Positions 18,255 to 28,278 of a stretch of 54,479 nucleotides of DNA are shown here, piece after piece; position 1 is the first letter of the stretch, and the number at the start of each line of letters is the position of its first letter. The notes under the pieces were generated by a model. That model was not told where the DNA came from, searched no databases, and was given only the letters and a program-made list of their open reading frames with translations. The position numbers were made by a program, and so were the translations under genes. The DNA lies in assembly GCA_041736175.1 (NCBI GenBank), contig JBGSUI010000242.1:1-54479 (forward strand), given 5' to 3'. The stretch comes from Oligoflexales bacterium. GTDB taxonomy: Bacteria; Bdellovibrionota_B; Oligoflexia; Oligoflexales; CAIYRB01.

Positions 18255-20625
18255 AATACACGGCTACCTCTTACTCGCCCTTTCGGTCTTCCAGCCCCAA
18301 TGTTCTGATGAATTATCCGAAAAAACCGGCCCTAACGAGCCCGTGGAAGTCGAAAGGGAAGGGTATCTCCCTCAGGTCGATGCAAAAGTGCCCGCAAAGG
18401 AAAGCCTTACGATCCTGCAGAGTTTTTTAAAATCTTCCCAAGAGAATCCGGAAACCTATCGGGACATTGAAGAGATCCTTAAAGCCAGGTCCCTCGAAGA
18501 TTCAAAGGCTACACCAGCAAAGATCCAAACCCAATGGCGTCAGGCCATGGCTTTTTGCCAAGAAGGAGGCCTGGCCAAAGTGGCCTTTGAAGGCTGGGTG
18601 CTAGCTTACGTAAAAGCATTTAATAAAACCATGGAACCTGAAGTCATGGCGAAATTAATCCTGGCCGAAACCCAGCAAGGTCAGGCTTCCACCTATATGC
18701 GCCAAGAAGGTCTTACATCCCAAAAGCCGCTGATCAAAATCCTTAAAAAAGTTGTGGGGCCCTGGTTAGCACCCACACCGGCTTTTCAGCTCGCCAAGGC
18801 CCCCCAAGGCCTACCCCAAAACGATCCTCTATTGACTGAAACTGCCCAAAAAAGCTGTAAAGGATCATCCCTCGATCTTACTTCCTGGACGACATGGAAA
18901 AGCTCGCTTTCACCGACTGTAACCGAATATTTTGAAGGACTCGTCGCCCAGTGCTCCAAGGATACCTCCACAGCAATGGAAAAATTGGCAAGAGCATCCG
19001 TTAAACTTGCAAAAGAAGAGTCTATATCCAGCCAGTCCATGGCCCTGGAGGGCTACAGCCGGCTTGCGGTCTTACAAAGGGCGTCTGGCCTACGACGAGA
19101 AGCCGCCGATACATACAAATCGATGATGGAACTTTGGGAAAATAATCTCATAGGACCCGAGTCTCTTGGATCATCCGCCTTTGTTTATTACAAACGAAAG
19201 ATCAATGACTCTCTATGGGCCTGTCGATACCGCGCACTGATCTCCGACTACGAACAGGCCAAGATCTACGGGCAAAAAGCCCTTTCAATTTCGCAACAGG
19301 CTTTGACTACGGTTCCCTCTTTATCTGGATCAGAGCGAGTGGAACTCGAAGACCTAAAGGCCGAAACTTATCATACGTTAGCAAACCGCATCGCCGTGGA
19401 GCTTAAGCAATGGGAAAGCGCTGCGTCTCTTAACTTATTAGCTCTTGGATCTTCTAGCCTCTCGGCAGAATGGCGCAACAGGGTTTTGTGGCTTGCTGGA
19501 TTGTACGACTATATCGCAGGAAATTATGCCAAAGCAAAAAACCATTGGAATCAGTACCTCAATGGCAATCCCGAAAATTCGCAAATACCCATGACACTTT
19601 TTTGGCTTGCTCGTGCGGACGAAAAGCTAGGCGATATCGATGCAAGGGACGTGCAAATCAAACATCTTATCAAAAAATACCCTTTGAGTTTTTATAGCAC
19701 TTCTGGTCTCTTGGCCTCAAAACTCCTTTCGGACAAAGAGATCAAAGAAAATCTAAGTCAAATATTTGGTGAACCAGAAGCCTTAAAAAAAGGCACCCTT
19801 TACCAACGATCAGTCTCTATTGTCAAACCTCGCAATACACTGATCAAAGACAGCCGCTTTCGGGCATCTATCGCCAAAGCAGAACTCCTCTTTAGACTCA
19901 AAAATGCCGAATATGCGCAAATTGCCGCAAAGGATTTCGAGCAGATCGTCAAAAAATATGACCAAGAAGGCGTCCTCCAGTCCTCTGCGGAAGAGGCCGC
20001 CTGGGTTTTTTCGAGTCGACTCTATTATGCTGCCCATAATTATCTAAAGACGATCACCATCACCCACAAACAGTCCCTTCAAACCCTCCATTTTTGGCAA
20101 AGGTGGCCAGACCACCTTCCTGTCTTTTTCCCGACACCCTATTTAGAATTTTATAAGGATTCTGCCGAAGAAAACCAGGTGGATTTTGAAACTCTCCTTG
20201 GGATCTCACGCCAAGAAAGCGCTTTTACGCCTGTGATTGAAAGCTCTGCAGGGGCGTTAGGCCTCATGCAGTTGATACGGCCAACTGGCAAGAAATTTGC
20301 CAATGAATTGGGCTTTAAAAATTATGATATCGAAGATTTACTCAATGACCCAAAAACAAATATCCAAATAGGATCTAGATATATCAAGACTCTAAACAAA
20401 CACTACAAGGGCAATATTCCTGCGATCTTTGCTGGCTATAACGCTGGAGAAATCGCCGTCGACCAATGGATCAAAAGGCGATTTCACAGTGATCCCTTAG
20501 TTTTTATCGAGCTAATACCATTTGGAGAAACAAAAGACTATGTCAAAAATGTTTGGCGTAACCAATATGTTTATTCGTATCTCCACGGCTCGCCTTCAAA
20601 ACTAAGGCTCTCAGCCAATCCCTAA
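18247..20625 (+). CDS. Slt70-type soluble lytic murein transglycosylase with TPR/helical N-terminus
   Basis: Motifs RQESAF, S.AGA.GLMQL, P.TNI.IG, YNAG and IPF.ET.DYV. Confidence 0.9.
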   Translation: MTRIHGYLLLALSVFQPQCSDELSEKTGPNEPVEVEREGYLPQVDAKVPAKESLTILQSFLKSSQENPETYRDIEEILKARSLEDSKATPAKIQTQWRQAMAFCQEGGLAKVAFEGWVLAYVKAFNKTMEPEVMAKLILAETQQGQASTYMRQEGLTSQKPLIKILKKVVGPWLAPTPAFQLAKAPQGLPQNDPLLTETAQKSCKGSSLDLTSWTTWKSSLSPTVTEYFEGLVAQCSKDTSTAMEKLARASVKLAKEESISSQSMALEGYSRLAVLQRASGLRREAADTYKSMMELWENNLIGPESLGSSAFVYYKRKINDSLWACRYRALISDYEQAKIYGQKALSISQQALTTVPSLSGSERVELEDLKAETYHTLANRIAVELKQWESAASLNLLALGSSSLSAEWRNRVLWLAGLYDYIAGNYAKAKNHWNQYLNGNPENSQIPMTLFWLARADEKLGDIDARDVQIKHLIKKYPLSFYSTSGLLASKLLSDKEIKENLSQIFGEPEALKKGTLYQRSVSIVKPRNTLIKDSRFRASIAKAELLFRLKNAEYAQIAAKDFEQIVKKYDQEGVLQSSAEEAAWVFSSRLYYAAHNYLKTITITHKQSLQTLHFWQRWPDHLPVFFPTPYLEFYKDSAEENQVDFETLLGISRQESAFTPVIESSAGALGLMQLIRPTGKKFANELGFKNYDIEDLLNDPKTNIQIGSRYIKTLNKHYKGNIPAIFAGYNAGEIAVDQWIKRRFHSDPLVFIELIPFGETKDYVKNVWRNQYVYSYLHGSPSKLRLSANP

Positions 20626-20650
20626 ATAGAGAGGCTGGCATCTACAGGAT

Positions 20651-20959
20651 CTATTCGTGATCATCTTGAGTTGATTCTACAAGATCTAGATAAAGACTTA
20701 ACTCATCATCATATATAATTGTGGGATTTTGCAATCGATCCCTGAGTAAGTCAATCTTTTGGGTCAACTCGACCCGAAGCTCTTCGATCTCGGCTACTGT
20801 TTCTAGAAGCCCCCTTTGGATGAGCTCGTCAAAGGTCCGGGGGAGATCTTTTAGCATGGTCTCTGCTAAATTGAGTCGAATCGTCCTCAAGGTGTCGATC
20901 TGGTCGATCATTAGGGGATCTAACTCATGGTTAATTATCGAAGGAGAAGCAAAATCCAT
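20651..20959 (-). CDS. Small acidic helical hypothetical protein
   Basis: 102-aa ORF with a GGAA RBS-like motif and a consensus sigma54 promoter upstream. Confidence 0.6.
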   Translation of the reverse strand: MDFASPSIINHELDPLMIDQIDTLRTIRLNLAETMLKDLPRTFDELIQRGLLETVAEIEELRVELTQKIDLLRDRLQNPTIIYDDELSLYLDLVESTQDDHE

Positions 20960-21044
20960 AGGTTCTTTCCTGTCAGCACAGCGTTAATTCAACAACAACT
21001 AAAATGAACCAGTTTACAAGGGCACCTGCCCTAAAAAAACATTG

Positions 21045-21060
21045 AGCAAATACCGTGCCA
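21045..21060 (-). promoter_or_regulatory. Sigma54 (-24/-12) promoter
   Basis: TGGCACGGTATTTGCT on the minus strand matches TGGCACG-N4-TTGCW exactly. Confidence 0.8.
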
Positions 21061-21108
21061 CTAATCTAGTGATTTTTCACTATAGAATCATCGTGTTTAG
21101 GTGTCTAG

Positions 21109-21615
21109 TTACTTGACAGGTGGCGTAAAGCTTTCAATCGCTATACTGCGACCCGCAAGCCAACCGATTTTGTCGTTGTATTTGAAGCTATAATAATGCT
21201 CATTAGAAAACCTTCTGAACGACTCAAGGGGCACCACTTGGCCTACTGGAATCTCTCCGAGGAGGATGCGTCTGCCGCGAAAGTCGAAATCATAAACCCT
21301 TATTTTTCCCAAGGGTTTCTTTGGATTGATCTCCGCCGTCTTAAAACTATAAGCCTCAAATGGGTCTGGAACTGCAAAAGCCGGATCGATTTTTAAGGGG
21401 CTCGTCGGTATGATTTTTGGGGTCATAGGATAGGTCCAATATTTTTTTCCACTTTGATTAGCTGGTTTTTGTTTGGCCTGGTTCGACGCTTGCCTCGATG
21501 ATTGAGCCAGGGCAACGCCCCCAAAAACTCCCCGCTGGAGGATTAAAATCAAAACTAACATCGACTGGATCCTGGGCAAGGCCACCACAAACTCCTGTCC
21601 TAAAGGCGATAACAC
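21109..21615 (-). CDS. Exported hypothetical protein with possible C-terminal SH3-like barrel
   Basis: Signal-like N-terminus; C-terminal G.IPVGQ.V...YY....K.GW..G pattern. Confidence 0.5.
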   Translation of the reverse strand: MLSPLGQEFVVALPRIQSMLVLILILQRGVFGGVALAQSSRQASNQAKQKPANQSGKKYWTYPMTPKIIPTSPLKIDPAFAVPDPFEAYSFKTAEINPKKPLGKIRVYDFDFRGRRILLGEIPVGQVVPLESFRRFSNEHYYSFKYNDKIGWLAGRSIAIESFTPPVK

Positions 21616-21682
21616 GCAAAATCTTTAGACATAGGGAGTTCGGTCAAAGGAGGCAAAAGCTAAAGAACCGCTTTTGCCTAGT

Positions 21683-22678
21683 TTAGAGAATCCGGGTCAA
21701 ACCACGATCCAGTGCCAATGCCCCAAATATGATAAACAGATAAAAACAGGAGTAGATAAACAATGACATTGCTTGCTTATTGGAATGGGCACGGTATAAG
21801 GAGATCGCTTTCCAACAGAAATACCCGGTGGCTATAAAGCTCACGATTCCGTAAATCCACCCTGCTTCACCCAAGTACCACAAACTCAGGACGATAGGCA
21901 TCAGCCCAAGGGTGTAGTACAGCATATGCCGTCTTGTGACCTCATCCCCCCGCGTTACTGGGAGCATCGGGATTTGGGCTAGGCGATAGTCCGCTTGGTA
22001 CTTGAGGGCTAGGGCCCAAAAATGCGGCGGTGTCCAAGTAAAGATAATCAAGAATTGAATCACAGCGCTGGCCGTAATGGTGTCGGAGAGGGCAGCACAC
22101 CCGATCAGTGGCCCGACAGCTCCCGCCGCTCCTCCTATGACAATATTTTGGTCCGTACGATGCTTAAGCACCTTAGTGTAAAACCAGGCGTAGTAGATAT
22201 TCGCCCCAAGGCCTAAAGCTGCCGCTAAGGGGCTTGCCCCATAATACAAAATCAGTATGGACAGGATTCCCAATAGACCGCCAAACCAAAGCGCTCCACG
22301 CTGGGTCACCAAACCTGAGGGAACTGGCCTATGTCTGGTTCGTTGCATAGTGAAATCAATATCAGCATCGATCATGTGATTAAAAACTGCCGATGAGGAC
22401 GACGCCAAAAAAGTGCCCAACAAAGCCCAAAAAGCAACGCTCCAACGGGACCGTTCACCAACAATGTTAGGATCAAAGACTAACAATTCTGGAATGGCCG
22501 TAAAAACCACAAGCAGTGATATGGTAGGCTTTGTCAACGGACCATAGGAACGCAATAAATCAACAAGAAAGGCTCCATATCCTCGAAAAGACCCCCCTTC
22601 AATCCCTGGAGAGGAAGAGACTGTTTCGCGATGAAAGCCCTCGGGCACGGCATTGGCGTCCGTTGATGTAAAACTCAT
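21683..22678 (-). CDS. ctaB: Protoheme IX farnesyltransferase (heme o synthase)
   Basis: Motifs LTKP, N...D.DID..M.RT..RP, NIVIGGAAGA and WTPPHFWALA...DY. Confidence 0.95.
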   Translation of the reverse strand: MSFTSTDANAVPEGFHRETVSSSPGIEGGSFRGYGAFLVDLLRSYGPLTKPTISLLVVFTAIPELLVFDPNIVGERSRWSVAFWALLGTFLASSSSAVFNHMIDADIDFTMQRTRHRPVPSGLVTQRGALWFGGLLGILSILILYYGASPLAAALGLGANIYYAWFYTKVLKHRTDQNIVIGGAAGAVGPLIGCAALSDTITASAVIQFLIIFTWTPPHFWALALKYQADYRLAQIPMLPVTRGDEVTRRHMLYYTLGLMPIVLSLWYLGEAGWIYGIVSFIATGYFCWKAISLYRAHSNKQAMSLFIYSCFYLFIIFGALALDRGLTRIL

Positions 22679-23847
22679 GATAGTAACTCAGCTGGTGGAC
22701 TCATCAAGCTTTTAGAGCTCCCTGGGCTTTCCTTGGAAAAAACCTTGCTCGCGTCCTGAAGTCCGCTATCTTCACGATACCATGGGAGGGAAAAACTAGG
22801 CTCCCAGACATAGATCGTTGCGACCAACGATAGGACATAAAGAAAGACGGCGTTTCCTAGATGAAGAATCGTGATGGAGGTGGGGAGAAAATTCAAAACA
22901 TTGACGACTCCAAGTCCAATTTGGATCGCAATCAAAAGAGGCACCCAGCGAACTGTGTTTATCACTCTTTTAAGAAGCTGAAGGGGCCCCCCTTGCATCG
23001 GAGCAGGTGCCTGGCTCCCTAGAATACGGCCCATCACCGAGCGTAGTCTCCAAAAAACGAGCAGTGCTACCGCTAAAACCATCACTCCCAAGGCCCGATG
23101 GACGACCTGTAACCAGAGGTGAAAGACAGGGGGAGGGAACCACTCGCCATGGCACTTGGGGAAATCCGGACAGGCCAAACCCGCGTAATTGGTACTGACC
23201 ATGCCCCCAACCGCTAGCTGCAGAAAGATCACCAGTGTCAGTAAGAGTAGGGGAGCTTTAAAAGCATAAAGCCCGGCTTCGACCAAAGAATGATCTTTTT
23301 TCGACATGTTTGAGGTTCCATCGGACTCGAAGGGCGCGAGACTCACACTCACTCGCTGGAGAATCTTACCAATCTGCGTCGATCTCATCGCAGTCCATAT
23401 CAAAACCGTCAAAAAGAGAAGGGCATTGATCAGATGGGCGGCGACCGTTTTGGCATCGAGGAGTTTAAGAACCGTAAGCCCACCTAGAACCACTTGCATC
23501 GACAGGAGTACAAGGACCACCGAAAGCTGCGTTCCCAGGGCTTTGCGCAGCTCCCCCACGGACAGCATTTTTATAAAAGCCGTCACCAGAATCACCGACA
23601 AACAACCGGCCAGGAGTCTATGAAACCACTCTAGGAAAATCTGGTAGTCTAGATTGGGGATAAATTTTCCAAAACAAAGGGGCCAGTCTGGACAGGCCAA
23701 ACCCGCATCTGCTGCTCGGACCCAAGATCCAAAAACGATAATAAATAAGCTTAGGCTAGCTGCAACCTTAAGAAGCCTGCCAAACTTTAAGAAACTGCTG
23801 ACCTGAGATTCTGTGGAATTGACCATGGAAAGTATACCGTTCCTCAT
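22675..23847 (-). CDS. ctaA: Heme A synthase (COX15/CtaA)
   Basis: Motifs GLACPDWPLC, EWFHR, a second GLACPDFPKC and VHR; multiple TM helices. Confidence 0.93.
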   Translation of the reverse strand: MRNGILSMVNSTESQVSSFLKFGRLLKVAASLSLFIIVFGSWVRAADAGLACPDWPLCFGKFIPNLDYQIFLEWFHRLLAGCLSVILVTAFIKMLSVGELRKALGTQLSVVLVLLSMQVVLGGLTVLKLLDAKTVAAHLINALLFLTVLIWTAMRSTQIGKILQRVSVSLAPFESDGTSNMSKKDHSLVEAGLYAFKAPLLLLTLVIFLQLAVGGMVSTNYAGLACPDFPKCHGEWFPPPVFHLWLQVVHRALGVMVLAVALLVFWRLRSVMGRILGSQAPAPMQGGPLQLLKRVINTVRWVPLLIAIQIGLGVVNVLNFLPTSITILHLGNAVFLYVLSLVATIYVWEPSFSLPWYREDSGLQDASKVFSKESPGSSKSLMSPPAELLS

Positions 23848-23903
23848 GGGACAAACTCCATACGGTCATTCTTCAATCGCTGGAGAAATGACCCGTGGTC
23901 TGA

Positions 23904-24041
23904 TTACCAGCGGGGAGTCAGCCCAACCCAAATCGGGAAGTAGACGCAAAGAAAAAACAAAGCTGGAAATAGTATCATGACCACTGCGAGCCCAACCCAT
24001 CCCGCAGCCTCTCTACCGGTGTCTCTTTGTACCTTAGCCAT
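23904..24041 (-). CDS. Unannotated 45-aa membrane peptide upstream of ctaA
   Basis: Manual translation MAKVQRDTGREAAGWVGLAVVMILFPALFFLCVYFPIWVGLTPRW*. AAGGA lies upstream, and it is co-oriented with ctaAB. Confidence 0.6.
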   Translation of the reverse strand: MAKVQRDTGREAAGWVGLAVVMILFPALFFLCVYFPIWVGLTPRW

Positions 24042-24338
24042 AAAGTCTTTGGTCCTTTATCGAATCGTCAAGATCCATGTTTCTTTTTTACTAAAGGTGC
24101 CATCTTCGAGGATGTTGTACAGTCGCTCGTTAAAACCTGAGCTATGCCAAAAGAAACTCTTACCAACGGAGCAGGTCTCTTTTATCACGTAATTTAAATG
24201 TTTTGCAAAGGGAAATTAAGCCCATCACCGCGCTCCCAACCGCTCAAAAAAACAACAGCCCACCGCATAAACCCTGATTGACCTTTAATTCCATTGGATT
24301 ATATCACTTACCAAGCCTATGACAATGTCGAAGCACCG

Positions 24339-25166
24339 CTACCTTACTGGAAGTTGGTCAAAGGGGCTCGCCTTGTCCCCCAAAAAAACCGGGCGTTCTC
24401 GCACCTCCTGGGGGGACTCCGTAAGGATCTCGACCCGACCATTGCTGCGGATCGCTAGGGTATGCTCCCATTGGGCCGATAACCCTCCGTCGATCGTTAC
24501 TGCGGTCCAGCCATCACTGAGGACTTTGGTCTTCCAGTGACCTTCATTGATCATAGGTTCAATGGTAAAAACCATACCTTTTGTAAGCCGAGTGCCCTTA
24601 CCTTTTTGTCCATAATGGAGGATTTGAGGGTCCTCATGGAAAGTCCTGCCGATACCGTGCCCCACAAACTCCCTCACCACACTGAAACCTGCTGCCTCTG
24701 CATGGGCTTGGATGGCTGCACCGATATCGCCTACGCGAGCACCATCGGCGACGGCTCCGATACCCTTAAAGAGACATTCTTGGGCGCACCGACTCAGGAG
24801 ACGGGCTTTAGGAGAAACTTTGTTTCCAACGAGATACATCCTAGAGGTATCTCCATAAAAACCATCGACGATCGAGGTAACATCGATATTGATGATATCC
24901 CCATCTTTAAGCCTGTGCTTAGACGATGGGATGCCATGACAGACCACGTGATTGATCGACGTACAGATGGACTTGGGAAAACCTTTGTAGTTAAGGGGAG
25001 CTGGAATACCACCGCTTTTAAGGGTCAATTCATGAGCGATATCATTGAGCTCTAGAGTTGAAACTCCTGGAATAACATGTTTGCCGATGACATCTAAGAT
25101 CATCGCCGAAAGAGCCCCTGCAGCTCGCATTGCATCGATTTCCGAGTCTGACTTTAAAACGATCAA
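24339..25166 (-). CDS. map: Type I methionine aminopeptidase
   Basis: Motifs FPKSICTSIN.VVCHGIP, DI.NIDVT, GDTSR, GHGIG..FHE.P, FTIEPM and SAQWEHT. Confidence 0.97.
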   Translation of the reverse strand: MIVLKSDSEIDAMRAAGALSAMILDVIGKHVIPGVSTLELNDIAHELTLKSGGIPAPLNYKGFPKSICTSINHVVCHGIPSSKHRLKDGDIINIDVTSIVDGFYGDTSRMYLVGNKVSPKARLLSRCAQECLFKGIGAVADGARVGDIGAAIQAHAEAAGFSVVREFVGHGIGRTFHEDPQILHYGQKGKGTRLTKGMVFTIEPMINEGHWKTKVLSDGWTAVTIDGGLSAQWEHTLAIRSNGRVEILTESPQEVRERPVFLGDKASPFDQLPVR

Positions 25167-25253
25167 ATCTTCACTCCCTTTGGTCCCAAATCTATCTAAC
25201 CACTAAAAATCTTTGTTCTTTAACCCAAGAACGGTTATCAATCAACAAGTTAT

Positions 25254-26849
25254 TTACTGGATGAGTATCAACTGGCGAAACCAATCGGGGTTCCCATTGG
25301 CTATCATCCCCCGGTTTCCTATCATATTTTGTGCCAAAGTTAAGCAGCTTTTATGTTGCAACAAAACCGTAATCGCCTCCTCTTCCTGCAAAAGCTGTTG
25401 CACCGTCTTAAAATACTTAAAATCCGGATTTTTTAAGGTTAAATCAAAAGTAGCTCTCTCTAGAGCTCGGTCTAGAGCTTCCGACCCCATAAAATCAGCA
25501 AAAACCCCAGATTGATTGGCTTTACTATGAAAATCACCCCATAGGCTGACTCCCGGCCAATCGATTCCAATGGATTCAAGTGATCCGTGAAGGTCAGCGC
25601 TAGCCCTGTGATCAATCTCATTAAAGTTTACATAGGTCACTTTGACCCCTACCGAAGAAAAAACATCAGCAAGCACTTTCTCAATGAGTCCTTGTTTTGA
25701 TGATCTCGTGGCGAAAGTTAATTCCATCGGTGTGCCATTCTTAGTAAGCCTAGGCCCCTTAGGGTCAGCCCTGGCATATCCCGCAAGAGTCAATCGTGCC
25801 GACAGTAGACTCAGCACACTGTCGAATTGTGGGCTTGAAGACAAAACCGGACCTCCATCTCCGTAAAAACGAAAAGGGTGCCCTTTGGGAACAATAGAAT
25901 CGCCAGCCGATACATACTGATTCCCGACGATCCCAGCTATGGACTTCTTTGGAATCAGTTGGGCTAAAAGTTTTCTGAGATTCCGATCTTTGACAAGAGG
26001 ATTTTGTTGGTTCCATACTAAGACAGTCATAAAGGGTTCATCTATTTCCACCTGGCACTTGCTGCCATCTTTCCGATTCCAAATCCCTCCATATTCAATC
26101 CAACCCTTTTGTTCCCGGGGGGCCATCCGATCTAATCCCTCCGCTGTTTTCTCTGGTAAACCATAGTATAGGTTGATCTGAGGAAGAGGACGAGCAAAAC
26201 GGTATCCAGGAGTAGGCGACAGCTGCAAGCCCCACGGCTTGACCTCAGGCCGGTAAAGACCGACGCATTCCAGGGTGGCTTTTTGGGGGTGACTGCGAAC
26301 TAAAGAAAATCCGTTGAAAACATAAGGGCCAAAGGGGGGAACAGACTCCCACAAGATCTCAAGGGTCCCTGATTCGGTTTTTTGGACTTTAAATAAAGGG
26401 ATCTCCCAGCGATCTTTGCCTCCTGATTTGACGGCCTCCGGGATTGTTTTTTCGACAAAGGACTGGAATTCAGCAAGGGTCACAGGATCCCCCCCCCACC
26501 AGGCGATGCCTTGTTTAAGGGCTAAAATCCATTTGGATCCCTTGGCCGCACCAGATTCGCTAGTCTCTATAAGCTGGGAGAGCAGCACCAGCTCTGACCG
26601 CTGCTGACTTAGATTGAGCCTGGTTAAGGAAGGGCATACCTGACGCCCCACAATGGGCTCCGAACCGATGGTTAAAACCAGTTGTGGTTTGTCGCTCCAA
26701 GGACTCACAAGATCTTCGAGAAGTGGCCCCATCCCATAAACCGACATTTGAATCTTTTCGGCAGCCCGTTCTAAGGTCGCACCCCAAGCGTTGGAAAAAG
26801 CGCTCGGTATAAGAATGAGGGTCAAGATCCTAGTGATTCTAAAAAGCAA
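25254..26849 (-). CDS. ABC transporter substrate-binding protein family 5 (OppA/DppA-like), divergent
   Basis: Signal peptide; L..GI.W..G.PVT, D..LRK.L...I, L..AGY and G.R...NG..L patterns. Confidence 0.65.
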   Translation of the reverse strand: MLFRITRILTLILIPSAFSNAWGATLERAAEKIQMSVYGMGPLLEDLVSPWSDKPQLVLTIGSEPIVGRQVCPSLTRLNLSQQRSELVLLSQLIETSESGAAKGSKWILALKQGIAWWGGDPVTLAEFQSFVEKTIPEAVKSGGKDRWEIPLFKVQKTESGTLEILWESVPPFGPYVFNGFSLVRSHPQKATLECVGLYRPEVKPWGLQLSPTPGYRFARPLPQINLYYGLPEKTAEGLDRMAPREQKGWIEYGGIWNRKDGSKCQVEIDEPFMTVLVWNQQNPLVKDRNLRKLLAQLIPKKSIAGIVGNQYVSAGDSIVPKGHPFRFYGDGGPVLSSSPQFDSVLSLLSARLTLAGYARADPKGPRLTKNGTPMELTFATRSSKQGLIEKVLADVFSSVGVKVTYVNFNEIDHRASADLHGSLESIGIDWPGVSLWGDFHSKANQSGVFADFMGSEALDRALERATFDLTLKNPDFKYFKTVQQLLQEEEAITVLLQHKSCLTLAQNMIGNRGMIANGNPDWFRQLILIQ

Positions 26850-26991
26850 AGCGCAACCTCCGAAAACAACATTTTTTCATTATGCGCACAAGCTGAACAA
26901 GATATCATAGAAAGGGCTCCTTTGTCTCAGCAGATGCCCTCTCCCTCTATCATAACCGAGTCTTGTTCTAACTGAATACCAAGGAGTCTCC

Positions 26992-28278
26992 TTGCCCCAC
27001 TCCCCACGCACCCCCTCCAGGACGACTCCATTATCCTCGGCCCATTTTGATAAGAAGTTTGACATCGTCGTTATCGGTAACGGCCTTACGGCCCTCTTTT
27101 GTCTATGGAATCTCAAAAAGCGAGGCTATCGAAACATAGGCTGGTCTACAAAATGGCCCACCGCCACCGTCTTGAGGGACATAGACGCTACTCCTGGGAA
27201 TGGTTCAAAGACCGCCACATCGTGGTTGACCCCTGAAATGATGGCGAGCTATCCCCTTGATCATCTGACCAGGTACACCCATCGATTAGGCCCGCGGTTG
27301 GGTCCTCAGGTGTGGTCCATAAATCAGGTGGGATTTAAGGAAATCTCCCAATATTGCCTTGACCATGGAATCTCCATAAAGTTCGGCACCCAACACTGCG
27401 TTGCCCTCTCAGATCCTGAACTTAGGGAGTTAAAAGCATACGATAAACAAGTGTGCAATCAATCTGAAATCCCTCAAAGCCTTATGCAGTCGGGCACAAC
27501 CCTTGGAAACATGCCCATCACTGGGAGCCTTATCCACCATTCTGGCTCTTCTGCCTGGTTATGCACCACAGGTCTAGCCCGACTCCTCATGGCTGAGGTC
27601 GCGCCCTATCCGCGCATCCCCGGTGTTGTACGCCTCGACTCCGATGCCGATGGAATAAACTTGATCTGCGCCGCCCCGACTCTAAGAGTTAAGGCCGATA
27701 TGGTGATCATCGCCTGCCATCTAAAAACAACCGAAATATTGCCAGATCTAGCGCCCATCCTCATCAACGTCGTGGACCAGTGGGATGAGTTTGAATCTAT
27801 CCCCCCTAAGGGGAATCCTCCACTTAATCCCGGCGATTTTTTCAAACTCAACTATGGTCAAACTTGGGGAATGGTAACACCAGGTCTAAAACTACGCATG
27901 GGAGGGAGTCGGTTTCTGCGGGGCGAGCAGGACGACTCCCTTCAGGGAAAGGACGGCACTTCGAGGGAAAGCTTCCTCTGCAAAAAGATCTCAACATTCC
28001 ATTCCAAGCTGAGTCAGCAAATCTCACCGCTCCCCATCTCCCATATCCGCTCGCAAACCTATATCGATATCCTACCGTGCGATGAACTCCCCGTGATTGG
28101 CCCCATGTATAACGACTCGAGGGTTCTCATTGCTACAGGCTTCTATGGATTTGGTTTACCTTTAGTCGCCCTCGCGGGTATGTGGCTTGCGCAGATCATT
28201 GACGAAGGCAAAGCCCCGGGACTTCTGCCCTGTTTTTTGCCCCAACGATTGCGGAGCCTCTCTGATCAGGGATCTTAA
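26992..28278 (+). CDS. FAD-dependent oxidoreductase (DAO/glycine oxidase family)
   Basis: Dinucleotide-binding motif DIVVIGNGLTA; D.LPVIGP and ATGF.G.G. Confidence 0.8.
   Translation: MPHSPRTPSRTTPLSSAHFDKKFDIVVIGNGLTALFCLWNLKKRGYRNIGWSTKWPTATVLRDIDATPGNGSKTATSWLTPEMMASYPLDHLTRYTHRLGPRLGPQVWSINQVGFKEISQYCLDHGISIKFGTQHCVALSDPELRELKAYDKQVCNQSEIPQSLMQSGTTLGNMPITGSLIHHSGSSAWLCTTGLARLLMAEVAPYPRIPGVVRLDSDADGINLICAAPTLRVKADMVIIACHLKTTEILPDLAPILINVVDQWDEFESIPPKGNPPLNPGDFFKLNYGQTWGMVTPGLKLRMGGSRFLRGEQDDSLQGKDGTSRESFLCKKISTFHSKLSQQISPLPISHIRSQTYIDILPCDELPVIGPMYNDSRVLIATGFYGFGLPLVALAGMWLAQIIDEGKAPGLLPCFLPQRLRSLSDQGS

Noticed and set aside
24135..24150. TTGGCATAG on the minus strand as a sigma54 site for the ctaA operon
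   Set aside because: There is no GC at the -12 position.
24537..25055. 172-aa antisense ORF in map, and similar short antisense ORFs inside carB, the thiolase and the TPR genes
   Set aside because: These are shadow ORFs of well-supported genes on the other strand or in another frame.
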